A stretch of 63,626 nucleotides of DNA. Source: Toensbergia leucococca. Lineage: Eukaryota. Shown one piece after another: positions 24,389 to 35,700 of this stretch. Numbering within the stretch: position 1 is the first letter of the stretch; every line of letters begins with the position of its first letter. The stretch covers positions 124,001 through 187,626 of the forward strand of contig JALDZS010000024.1 of assembly GCA_022813965.1 (NCBI GenBank), written 5' to 3'. Under the pieces are notes generated by a model. That model made no database searches, was not told where the DNA came from, and saw nothing but the letters and a program-made list of their open reading frames with translations. The translations under genes and the position numbers were made by a program.

Positions 24389-25901
24389 GGGTGGTGATAC
24401 ATGGACACCCCCCTTTGATACATGGACCACCCCCCCCACCCCCAACCCTCGGGCGCAATACCACTGAGGGAAAATCTACCATTTCGCATTGCATGCCTTA
24501 TACCTCATAATTCCACGTGCCATCTACCACCTCCACTGCAGTAGGGAATTATCCTGATATTGTATCGCGAATTCACCTAATTCTCCACCCCGGGCGCAAT
24601 ACATCATGGATTTTGATTTCCCCCCACCTGATGAACTCAAACCCTCACCTCAGGAGGGAGGGAGGTGGAGGTGGAGGTGGAGTTCCCGTGAATAATAGGG
24701 TATTTCATGATTTTGGAAGGAGGTAAATAAAATTGTGATGTTTTTGCTCCCGGGGGTGATCGTGCGCCCTGCCGCGAGGGAATCAAAACAGGATGTGGTA
24801 CAAAAGCATTGGTTTTCTCTTAGGTAATTTGGCTTCTACATGGCGCGCAAATGGAACAAGTAATTGACTTGCAAAGTGGCGGGGAATTGAGGCAAGATGT
24901 GGTGCGAAATGATAGATTTTCCCTCAGTGGTATTGCGCCCGAGGGGTGGGGGAGGGGGGTGTCCATGTATCAAAAGGGGGTGTCCATGTATCGGCAGAAA
25001 CTTGTTTTTTATTGTTTTACAAGAGGTCGTGTAATTATGTCTCTGTAGCAAGCATATACAGGTAACATCAGAGGCTCAGACTGACAACCCTATACACTCA
25101 CTCACAGTCATATATAATTGACAGGTCTCTCTAAGAAGAATCATCTTCAGAGAGACTCATCAATCCCCTTCAGTATCAGATCTGCTTTATGTATTATCAG
25201 TTGAAGAATTGTCAGATTATATAGAATCAATAGATTGATAGATGATCACAGAGATCATCTCTTCTCTGCTCTCAATCATCTTTTCAGCCCTCATTCAGTG
25301 ACAACAGCCTAATGCATAAATCTGTAGAGAGTAAAGGTATTGCACTGACACCTATCAGTGAATAGACTCTCTATTTCTCTCTACTGTGACAGAGAGTCAT
25401 TGATGAATGTATATTATCTGTTGAATAAACTGAGCTGTGCTCAAGTGAGATGCCTCACTAAGACTCAGGATACTCATAAATCTATAGAAAGAAAATTCTC
25501 AGAGGATTTACTCATCAAGAATTGTAGAAAATATCTCTCAATAGCTTTCTATGAGGTTGAAATGATGCTAGCAGTTCAAAGTATTGATCAATGATGAAAA
25601 CAGACTGAGGACATCACTATTGAAGTCATAATGATAAAGATTGTATGCACACTGAGTCATGATTATACAGTCAATATTGAGGCTTCAAGGGATATATCAT
25701 AAGTCAAACGTGAAAGGGGGTTAGTTTTGAGTCATTGGGGCGGCGACAGCCCGGGGAAAGGGTTGTCATATCTATCCTTTCAGATATTCATGATCGATGA
25801 GTAGAGATGGCTTACAAGTAAGCCGATCGTTGAACCTGAATCAGAAAGGACCAGCTACGTTTGACGTCCAGCTCGACGGGGGTGTCCATGTATCACCACC
25901 C
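24389..25901. mobile_element. Non-autonomous TIR DNA transposon (Mutator- or Merlin-like), 1,513 bp: foldback MITE plus cargo
   Basis: Perfect 24-bp TIRs GGGTGGTGATACATGGACACCCCC (24389-24412) and its reverse complement (25878-25901); 8-bp TSD AATAAATA at 24381-24388 and 25902-25909; no transposase ORF. Confidence 0.92.
24396..24992. repeat. Internal inverted repeat of about 90 bp (24396-24488 vs 24903-24992) forming a roughly 600-bp foldback/MITE
   Basis: GATACATGGACACCCC..GATACATGGAC..CCCTCGGGCGCAATACCACTGAGGGAAAATCTA.CATTTCGCA matches the reverse complement of 24903-24992. Confidence 0.9.
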
Positions 25902-26237
25902 AATAAATATCAATTGGAATAAGGTCGAAGGCTGGGGATAGGGGTAACCAGGCCTGCTAGCCAACAGCCACACCCTTACAGTATCACTACCTTAAGCATA
26001 TGAATTGAGATCAACACGACGGTAGGTCAGTATGAAAGAATGTCTATTTCAAGGAAGAAATACGAAAGTATGGTAGTACCGTAGAGTAATCGAAAGGACA
26101 AAAAAGAGAAAAGAGCCGAGCGACCTGCACCAGCACGCTAGAAATTCCAGAGACACGATCCATGGAACATCAAGAGCATCAATATCCGTACTCGCCATTT
26201 CAACACCAACCCTCCATCCCCAAACATCAATGTTTCA

Positions 26238-27184
26238 ATGAACCACCCCCAAAACCAACGAGATCTCGAAGAAGAAATCACCCACCTTGAAGCCCGCCTC
26301 CTCGCCGCCCGCGCAAAACTCCCAAGCCCCGTTCACTCTCCCCCACCCCTCCCCCAACTCGGTACCCCACCTCCACCCAAAAACCCAACCCCCCCATTCC
26401 ACACTAACCATCACCCCAAGACCCACCCCCGCATCCCCTCCTCCTCCTCTCCGACTCCGCCCTCCCTCTGGGTTCCTTCGCCTTCTCCAACGGCCTAGAA
26501 TCCTACCTCGCCCATCATCGCCTTTCCCCTAACCCTCACACCCTCCAAACCTTTCTCTCCCTCTCCCTCACCTCCCTAGCAACAACCACCCTGCCCTATC
26601 TCCGCGCCACCCACACTCATCCAACCACCCTCCCCGCCCTAGATGCAACCCAAGACGCCAGCACCCTCTGCCCCGTCACGCGACGCGCCTCCCTCGCCCA
26701 AGGCCTAGCCCTACTAGCGATATGGGACCGGGCTTTCAAATCTGCGAGCGGAGGATCAGCGGCGGCGGATGCGTTGGCGGGGTTTTCAGGGGCATTGAAA
26801 ATAGCAAGCGCGGCTGCTCTGAATGATTCAGATCAACAGGATTTCGGCACCGAATATGAAGGAGAATATCCTCCTTGTGGGCATTTTGCGCCGCTCTTTG
26901 GGACGGTGGCGCGTGCCATGGAGCTCCCACTGATGCAGGCGGCATATATATATCTCTTCAATCATGCGAAAGCCGTGGTGAGTGCTGCGGTGCGGGCGTC
27001 AGTTTTGGGGCCTTATGCGGCGCAGGGGGTGTTGGCGGGAGGATGGCTGAGGGAGGAGTTGGCGAGGTGTTTGCAGGAGGGGTGGAGGATTGAGGAGGTC
27101 GAGGAGACTGGGCAGGGGGTCCCGGTCTTGGAGCTGTGGCAAGGGAGACATGAGGTACTTTATTCGAGGATTTTCAATTCGTAG
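26238..27184 (+). CDS. ureF: Urease accessory protein UreF; one intron (about 26362-26420)
   Basis: After splicing: LLLLSDSALPLGSFAFSNGLESYL, RRASLAQG, GHFAPLFG, SAAVRASVLGPY, QGRHEVLYSRIFNS*. Confidence 0.92.
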
Positions 27185-27356
27185 GGGTCGGAACGGAGTG
27201 TGAATGAGGAATTTGATGGAAGGAGGAAGATACGGATTCTGTGAGGATGGATATCTCGATAACTAGAGATCGCTTCTACTTGCTGAACATGCGCCAACGC
27301 TGGTATGGGCCCAAGGCTGATAATAAATCAAATCAAACCAATCAATACGTACCTCT

Positions 27357-28633
27357 TCATAAAACCTCCTTCAAATGAGTCTTCTGTGCCAACGTTAGAC
27401 TTGATGGAAATTTGACCTTGATCTGCACAATCATATCACCCCTCTCTGTCGGCTTCTTACTCTTCGGCATCCCCAGGCTTGGAAATCTCTCTTCGTACCC
27501 AGGTTGCGTAGGACCGCCACCAGACACTGGTAATTGCTTCCCGTCGATGGTAGCTATTGTTCGTTTCCACCCAGTCAACGCCTCCTTCAGGTCCAATTCG
27601 ACAACAGCTCGAAGATCATCGTTTTCTCGTTTGAAGATGGGATGCTCTTTCTGTTTCTCACTATCAGCCTTGTCCAAACAAGCAGGACCTTCGTTCAAAA
27701 CTTACCTCCGCAACAATGAAATGCAAATCCTGCGTTCCACCCTCCTCCTGATCTCCAACGCCCTTAAATTTGATCTTCGTCCCGGCCTTATACCCAGGCC
27801 GAATATCCATATCCAGGATCTTGTCCTCGACCTTCCGCTTCCCGGTGGCCTCATCGAAAGTCTTCCGCTTGATCTTCATCTTCTTGTGTGTCCCTTTGAA
27901 TAGCTCCTCTAGAGTCACTGGTAGCGGTCTTTCAACGGTCGTCACTTCTGGCGTGGGTGCCCGCATTTCCCTTCCGTCACCTCCACGCGAATCTCTGAAC
28001 CTCGATCCCCTTGATCCACCAAACGGATTACCACCCCCTCTTCCTTTCCCACCACCCGAGAAGCTCGCAAAAATGTCCTCGTCATCCCCCATACCTGAGC
28101 CCGGTTGCTTGAAGAAGTCGGCAAATATACTTTCGGGATTGCTGAAATTAAACCCTCCACTTCCCCCATTGGTTGAGAAATGGAATGATCGTCCTCCACC
28201 GGGCATGCCGCCCATATTGAACCCAGGCATTCCGCCTTGGGGCATGCCACCGGGGCCGCCGGAACCGGGAGGAGGCTCTTGAGGAGCACCGTGAAGTAGA
28301 TATTCCAGGCCATATTGGTCATATACCTTGCGCCTCTCCGGGTCAGAGAGGATTTCGTAGGCTTGTGACACTTCTGTTTTCGCGAGTTAGAAGGGTTCAT
28401 CCATTTAAGTAGGAAGCGGAAAGATCCAGTACCTTTGAATTTTTCCGATGCATTTGGATTATCCTTGTTTTTGTCAGGATGGTGCTTCAAGGCGGCTTTT
28501 CTATGGAGCGTAAGTTGTACTGAAGCGGCTGCTTAGAGGGCTTCTTGAATTACCGGTATGCCTTTTTAATATCATCTTGTGACACATCAGGTTTTATACT
28601 CAGCGAGTCGTAAAGTTTAGTTTCTGCTACCAT
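27357..28633 (-). CDS. SIS1: Type II Hsp40/DnaJ co-chaperone Sis1, spliced
   Basis: MVAETKLYDSL...IKKAYR|KAALKHHPDKN J-domain with HPD; G/F- and G/M-rich linkers; LPVTLEELF, LKEALTGW, GDMIVQIKVKFP. Confidence 0.95.
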
Positions 28634-29084
28634 GTTGAATCTTGACGGAGAATTCACGGAGAAAGGGCGTTGATGACTAGGTTGATATTACGAGGCTGGA
28701 TGGAAGATTCAGGGTAACGATTGCGTGGGTATGTAGGTAGCCAAGGAGAGAGACTCCCACTAGTCAATAAAAATGTATGTGAATCTTCAGTGAATCCAAA
28801 GGTTGGAACATGAGAGACAAGATCGGCCGACTCAACTGAAAGAGTCCTTGATCTGAAGGCGGCCGAAGGGTCGGGGACGGTCAGGGTGCTTTTGGTGGTA
28901 CATCCGGTTACAGCCTGATTCTGGATTGGAGTCTTGTAGGTTGACAGCTGTAACATTCAGGCACAAGCAGGGCGTTGGTGAAATGGAAAATGGGAAATGG
29001 GCACATAGCCCCACGCGAAGCTCTGACGTTGGTTGGTGCCCGAGGGTCCAGTCTGCCAATTTAGTCTCTAGGGCATGCCTGTTT

Positions 29085-29099
29085 GTTCTGGAAGCTTCC
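29085..29099. promoter_or_regulatory. Perfect three-unit heat shock element about 450 bp upstream of SIS1
   Basis: gTTCt-gGAAg-cTTCc fits nTTCnnGAAnnTTCn; SIS1 is an established Hsf1 target in yeast. Confidence 0.7.
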
Positions 29100-29277
29100 G
29101 CTTTAGGGTTCGGTTCGTTGCCCTCATTCTACGATTGCAAAATCAAACAACAAGACACAATCTACTTTGTCAACTTTATACGAACCACCTTCTGTTTTCT
29201 CAAGCGACCAGTTCGGTTTTTCGAAGAGGCATCGGAAATAATAGTGGTGCCAGGACTTTGAGAAAATCAAAATTCCT

Positions 29278-30851
29278 CTATTTAGCAACGATGGAAACCA
29301 CATCCTCGTCCGCGACAACGTGACTCAACCCAACCCTTTGTGGGATATGTCTTGCACTAGCTCCCCAAACCATAGCGTACTTGAATGTCTCCTTCAACGT
29401 CCGGTGGACTTGATCACACACCTCCTCTATCGTCGACTTATTCCGCACAATCAGTGCTTCACTGAAGTCGGGCTCGTCCCCTTTTCTTCGCAAATGTTAG
29501 CTCGAGCTTCACGGAGTGAGGAATAATTGATGATTTACCGCTTGGTGTAGATTCTCATTAGTTGTAGTTCTTGCCAGCATCTTTCCACCACATCTTCGAT
29601 ACCGAGATCAAGCTCGCAGCTCATAACAACAGTATTTGGTTCTCGGGCCAGCTTGTCGAGAAAGTCGATGCTTACTGAATCAATCTTGTTGTATACGTAA
29701 AGGCTATGTTCCAACGCTTAGCACTTGAATCCGCAGAGGCGAAGAGAAGTTGTACCATTTGATATATTTTCGGTGGTCTTTCATGATAACATCGATAAAA
29801 TCGTCCACGGTTGCTGCCGTACATTAGTAGTTAGGAGATGTACTTTGCACAACGCACCCACCGTTTTCGTCACGGACAAGCACCTCGCAGTTGAGCATCT
29901 TGTAATCTCGTAGTATGTTGTAAAGCATCTTCTCATCAAGCTGCTTTGGCGGCGCCTGAAAAGTGATCTTCATACCCCCCGCCTTTTTGGCCTTGAGATA
30001 GATGTTCCTAATACAACAAATTAGTTATAGAGCCCCAGATTCGCTTCTTTCTATCAAGAGTATTGCACGGTGGTTCTCGGTTCAGCCGAATACCGACAGC
30101 TTCAAGCTCGGCCTCTATCAATGCTCTCTGCTCCGCTCTCTTCGTTGCATCAAGAATCATCAATATCAGATCACTCGTCTGCAGCATGTCAATTGACTGC
30201 TGCACCCGAAAAGAGCACATCACCTAACCTTGGCAGCAGATATAACCTGCCTTCCTCTTCCCTTTCCCTCCGAAGCTCCCTCGATAATCCCCGGTAAATC
30301 AAGTACCTGGATTTCTGCACCTCCATATTCAAGAACTCCAGGAATAGCTGTCAGGGTCGTGAACGAGTACGCAGCAACTTCACTTTTGGTCTTTGTGATT
30401 TTGGAAAGAAACGTAGATTTTCCGACAGAGGGAAAGCCAACTAGGGCGATACGAGCGTCACCGCTTTTACTAACATCAAACCCAGTTCCCCCTCCAGAAC
30501 CGGCGCCGGGCGCAGGCTCAAGAAGCTGGGCTCGTAGACGGGCGAGCTTGCTAATCACGCCATAAGACTATGACAATGAAACAATTGGAAGAAAAGTCCC
30601 CACCCTTTCAATAGTCCCAAATGGTACTCTTGTGGCTGTCAACATGGGCTTTTTCTTTTGGAGCAACAAACACTTCTTACCAGTGGCCTTGTTTTCTTTG
30701 CAGAATCAGTAGAATGGGATTTCTGATGACGATTTCCGGCTCACTTTGAGTCCTCCGCATCTCATCCTCGATCCTTGACGAAGACTTAGCATGGACAACT
30801 TGCTCAGGACCGAAGACCTTACTCCTTGATTTTCTCAGTGATATTCACCAT
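29278..30851 (-). CDS. RBG2: Ribosome-binding GTPase Rbg2/DRG2 (OBG family, TGS domain); nine introns
   Basis: [87 protein letters not shown]. Confidence 0.93.
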
Positions 30852-31082
30852 TGTGACGGTGACCGGAGGTATCAGACACTACCACTGTAGGAAAATGTAG
30901 CACTTGGAATATATGAAATATGTATTCCGCATGTAGGTTCAATCGAGGGAAGACTAAGCTCGACCCTGCCAGATCAATAAGCCATCGAGGTCGTAAGGCT
31001 TAGCGAGATTTTATATCCTCGTTCGCTCCGACTTTCGACATTTTTCAGATTACTACTCATCCCGACAAACAAACTTTCAAAA

Positions 31083-32351
31083 ATGGCAGAAGTCGACACT
31101 TCAATACCCGCAAACACGCCCTCAGCAATAGACCTAGACCCAGAAATCCCAGACCCCTCCCCACAAAGCCCAGACCAACACCCTATCACCACTAACACCG
31201 ATCTAACCACAACATCAACCACCACCGATCTTACCACCGACCCCTCCAAACCCAGAACCACAAAGATAATACGCCGCAAACGCCGTCCCGCCCGCCCCCA
31301 AGTCGACCCTTCAACCCTAAAATCCGAACCTCCCCCCCAAACTGGGACAATCTTCAACATCTGGTACAACAAATGGTCCGGCGGCGACCGCGAAGACAAG
31401 TATCTCTCCAAAACCGCCGCCGGCGGCCGCTGCAACATCGGCACTGATTCTGGCTACACGCGAGGTGACAAAGTACCTGGTTCGTACTTCTGCCTGTTTT
31501 TCGCAAAGGGGTTGTGCCCGAGGGGACACGAGTGCGAATACTTACACCGGTTGCCCGGCTTGCACGACCTGTTTAATCCGAACGTGGATTGTTTTGGCCG
31601 CGATAAGCATAGTGATTACCGAGACGATATGGGGGGCGTGGGTAGCTTTATGCGGCAGAACCGCACGCTTTACGTGGGGCGGATCCATGTGACAGACGAC
31701 ATCGAAGAGGTGGTGGCGCGGCATTTTGCCGAGTGGGGCCAGGTGGATCGCACGCGGGTGCTGACGGCGCGCGGGGTCGCCTTCGTCACCTACACCAACG
31801 AAGCCAACAGCCAATTTGCCAAAGAGGCCATGGCGCACCAGAGCTTGGATCACAGTGAAATTCTGAACGTGCGGTGGGCGACGGTGGATCCGAACCCGAT
31901 GGCGCAGAAGCGCGAGGCGAGGAAGATTGAGGAGCAGGCGGCCGAGGCGGTGAGGAGGGCGTTGCCGGAGGAGTTTGTGAGGGAGATTGAAGGGCGCGAT
32001 CCCGAGGCCCGTAAGAGGAAGAGGATCGAGGGTGGGTTTGGCTTACAGGGATATGAGGCGCCGGATGAGGTCTGGTATGCTCGGTCCAGGGAGGTTGCGA
32101 ATGGGGGCGCTATGGCGCCATTGGAGGGCGGGGAGGAGGAGAGGTACCTTATCCATGATGGCCTGCCGGAAGAGGAAGGGAGGAATGGTGATGGCGGTGG
32201 TAATGGCGGGGGGATTCTACCGCAATCGACGCTGATGGCGTTGCAGAGCTATTCATCACAGAACAACGGGAAGATGCTTGCGTCGAGAGCTGAGGCTGTG
32301 GCGTCAGCTGGTCCGCTTGTAGCATACGGGAGTGATGACGATAGCGAGTGA
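31083..32351 (+). CDS. CWC2: Pre-mRNA splicing factor Cwc2 (Torus/CCCH zinc finger plus RRM)
   Basis: RPARPQVDP, FNIWYNKWSGG, FCLFFAKGLCPRGHECEYLH, RTLYVGRI, FAKEAMAHQSL. Confidence 0.95.
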   Translation: MAEVDTSIPANTPSAIDLDPEIPDPSPQSPDQHPITTNTDLTTTSTTTDLTTDPSKPRTTKIIRRKRRPARPQVDPSTLKSEPPPQTGTIFNIWYNKWSGGDREDKYLSKTAAGGRCNIGTDSGYTRGDKVPGSYFCLFFAKGLCPRGHECEYLHRLPGLHDLFNPNVDCFGRDKHSDYRDDMGGVGSFMRQNRTLYVGRIHVTDDIEEVVARHFAEWGQVDRTRVLTARGVAFVTYTNEANSQFAKEAMAHQSLDHSEILNVRWATVDPNPMAQKREARKIEEQAAEAVRRALPEEFVREIEGRDPEARKRKRIEGGFGLQGYEAPDEVWYARSREVANGGAMAPLEGGEEERYLIHDGLPEEEGRNGDGGGNGGGILPQSTLMALQSYSSQNNGKMLASRAEAVASAGPLVAYGSDDDSE

Positions 32352-32756
32352 CTGGGAGGGTTCACGGTTTGAGCTGTACTATACCATACCTACCCAAAAT
32401 AATAGGCCTCGAAACAATGGAAATTTGCTTCTGAGGACTTGGATCTTGATGGCATTGGTGGTGAGTTTTGAGAGTAAGTGGAAAATCCTACGGCTCCCAT
32501 CCAGTCGTCCTTCACATGTGTTCCTCCTCTAAGTGTATTGATGAAACATGCGTTAACACTGTATTCCTTAAAGCGTATACGTAAAGTAGCAGGCTTTCCA
32601 AACCAAGCCAAGATCAAAGGGTCATCAAGCTGGAAAAGAAAAAGCCCTATACGACGACAACAATGGGTGATTCGATCTGCCTAAACAAAAGCCCAAGCAA
32701 CAAAAAAACAGGCTATCAATAACGAGAGCAAAAACAAGCGACAAGAACCCCATCAA

Positions 32757-35700
32757 TCATCCCCTCCCCAAATCATAAAAAATGCAAGCCCTCGTCCGAA
32801 AATTGTAAACAAAAGCATTCCTCACGCCCCCTCTCGCCTCATCCGCCATGCTCCCGAGCAACGCATGGACTTCGCCCAGATACTGCCGTTCAGCCAGCGG
32901 AGCTCCCTGTATCAATTTCCGCCAACTGTCCGGATCCGAAAGCCGTGTCTCGCGGATGCCTTCGAAGATGTCGTCTTTGGTTTCGATAGCTGCGATGGGG
33001 CCGTCGAGGAAGCTGTGGACGAGCTCCTGAGCTCGGGTTTGTGCTGCCAGAGTAATCAGCGCGGATAAGTGAAGGTTGAAAAATTTTGGAATGGGGAACG
33101 TTTGTATACCTTCTTCAATTACTGTTCTTCGATTGCTTTTCTTACTCCTGGTTTGCGATATCAGGACCTTTACTTTACCCTCGCCTTCCCGTTCGCTGGA
33201 CAGCAGACTGGGATCTTGTTGGCTTGGCTGGCGCAATAATCTCGTTCGCTCGACTGTACGACCCTCTGATCGGTCACGATCGCGGATTTCACCACGTAGC
33301 CAGCCGATAAGCTCAGTACTACGAAGGTCGTAATCTTCTTTCCGGATCATGCTCCTAACCTTCAACAGGCCGTCTTGCTTAATCAGAACGATCCAGCTGT
33401 GCGTATCTTTAGTCTCTTTACTGTGGCTGTAAACAGAGTCCTCAGTAGGGTTGGTATCAATCACGAGTTCTGCGCTGATATCATTCGCCCACAATTCTTG
33501 TGCGATTTTGACGCCACTGGTTCGAAGAATGGCCGGATCAAAGCTGTCAATGAGAACATCACACCGTCGAGGGATCCACGATTCTACCACATCTTCATCG
33601 GGCTTTTTTCTAGAAGACTGTTTTGCGGGATTCTTTTGGAATCTGCTCATCGAAGTGTAAAGCCTTTCCCAGCCAAAATTAAATCCAACCGCATGATTGA
33701 TATCTTTTCTGGAATTCGACTGATGTTCTTGAATCAGTCGATCATAACGTCCTCCAGCAGCAAAGACATCCCTTTTCCGAGTGTCATATATGCATTGAAA
33801 GAGCAACTTTCCTCGATAGAATTTCTCGTTAAAGCTGCTCAACGGGTTGATGTAGACCTTGCGCTTCACATTGAAGTTCTCGAGGTGAGTTGTAATGGCT
33901 AGAAGGTGGGAGAAGGCCGACTCTAGATGCTTAGTTTCTTGCAACATAGAGCGCAACCTGGGTATTGCTTTGTCGGGAGTGTCTCTAAAATCGAAGCGCA
34001 CGAGATCGTCTAAAGATGTAGAAGGCACTGCAATAGATGGTGAACGAAGCTCGTTTCGAAGTTTTGCCCATGTCCACTGCCCTATATTCAGCTTACTGAC
34101 AATCTCCTTCACCGCGGGCTTCTTAGAATCGGAAATCTTGCAGAACTCAAGCACGGCATCGAGGAGTACTGAATGATTGATGTGATAGCACATATGTACC
34201 CTTTCTAAGCTTGGGAAAGCATCGATTACCTCGTCAATAACCTTGATCACCTCAGCTTCGCGTAAGGCAAGATCAAGACCATCGTAGGACACTATATCAA
34301 AATCCACCTCTCCGTGGCTTCGCGGATGGCTACCAGAGTGAGAAGCGCGGTACACATCACCAAATGCATAAGTTTTCCGAGGAGATTGTTCCTTGGCTAG
34401 TAACCTAGCAAGCGGCAACGTCAAATCGTAAGGCAAATTTACCAAAGTACCGGAGGGATCAAGCAGCTGGACTGCCTTGCTATGCGAGTAATAATCTGAA
34501 CGAGGAAACAGTAGAGGTCTGTGGTATTCAACAGCACCGTGATGGCGGAACACGGAAACGATTCTCTCCTTGATCATGCTCTGGAGGAGCAGATCGTCAG
34601 GTTCAAAACCCTGCGTATTATTAACGTCGTACGTCTGACTTTTCACAGCTGTCGTTGCGTCCGATCTCGTAAAAAGGGCAGACATGAGCTTCGAATAGAA
34701 TGGAGACGTAGAATCGGAGATTCCAGCAAGAGCTGCCCGGATTGTCTCATCTTCAATTTGAATCGGTATCCTTCCACTATGAAGCAATTCGGAACTGCTT
34801 GGTCGTTCGCTAGGTTTGTGCTTTACTAAAGACATCACGATATCTCCTTGCAGAGCTTTTCCTGGTGTCTCAAGAGCAGGAGGTAGACTATGAACCTTTT
34901 CTCGAATTTTGTGCAGAGTTTGGACACGTTCCATCGACGTCTTTAGGGGAATACTCATCTCCAGCAAAATTATTCCCAACGAGTACATGTCCGCCTTCTC
35001 ATTGTAATTGCCCCCACCTGCCGATCGAACTTCAGGTGCCACGTAAAAAGCTGTGCCAATGCTTTTGGTAAAGTTCGAATTGCTATTATTTGTAGTGTTT
35101 GCCTTGACAGAGCCTTGATATTCGCCAGGCCTCGCAAGCCCAAAATCACCTATACGAACATTGTTGCTCTGATCGATGAACACATTCTCTGGCTTCAAGT
35201 CACGATGGACGATGGACGCAGAATGTATATGTACCAAGCCCTCGAGTACCTGCCGAAACAACCTCCAGCATTCCTCATTGTCAGCATGCAGATTTCCTGC
35301 GATAAAGTCTCGGAGGGTCTTTCGTTCGCAGTACTCCATCTGGAGTCTTGCTTAGCGGAGGTGTCACAGAGTAAAATTGAACAAATACATACCTGGATAT
35401 AGAGTGTGGTTTTAGTAGCTAGGTTGTTCGAGCTGGAGCGTCTTCGCTTTAAATGAGCTAATGGGTTATCGACCTTTCCATCACCACTTTCATCCTCATC
35501 ACCGTCGTCATCATCAACACCATCGTCGTCAAATACACCAGAGCTTAGTTCATCTTCGGCGCTCTCGTAGCCAAATTCTATCTTTGGACCGTTCGAACTG
35601 ATGAAGTCGAGGCCTCCTGTGCTATTTCCGAAGACAATGTCCGGACCCTCTTCTTCCCCAGCCAGTCGCGTACTTCCACTCGATGAAGACCGTGTCTCCT

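Noticed and set aside
24389..24992. Repeated GATACATGGACACCCC units as a CRISPR-like array
   Set aside because: The units are tandem and inverted sub-repeats of transposon TIRs with no spacer structure, in a eukaryotic genome.
25358..25594. 78-aa ORF in the transposon as a transposase fragment
   Set aside because: No DDE or zinc-finger motifs; it lies in hypermutated sequence.
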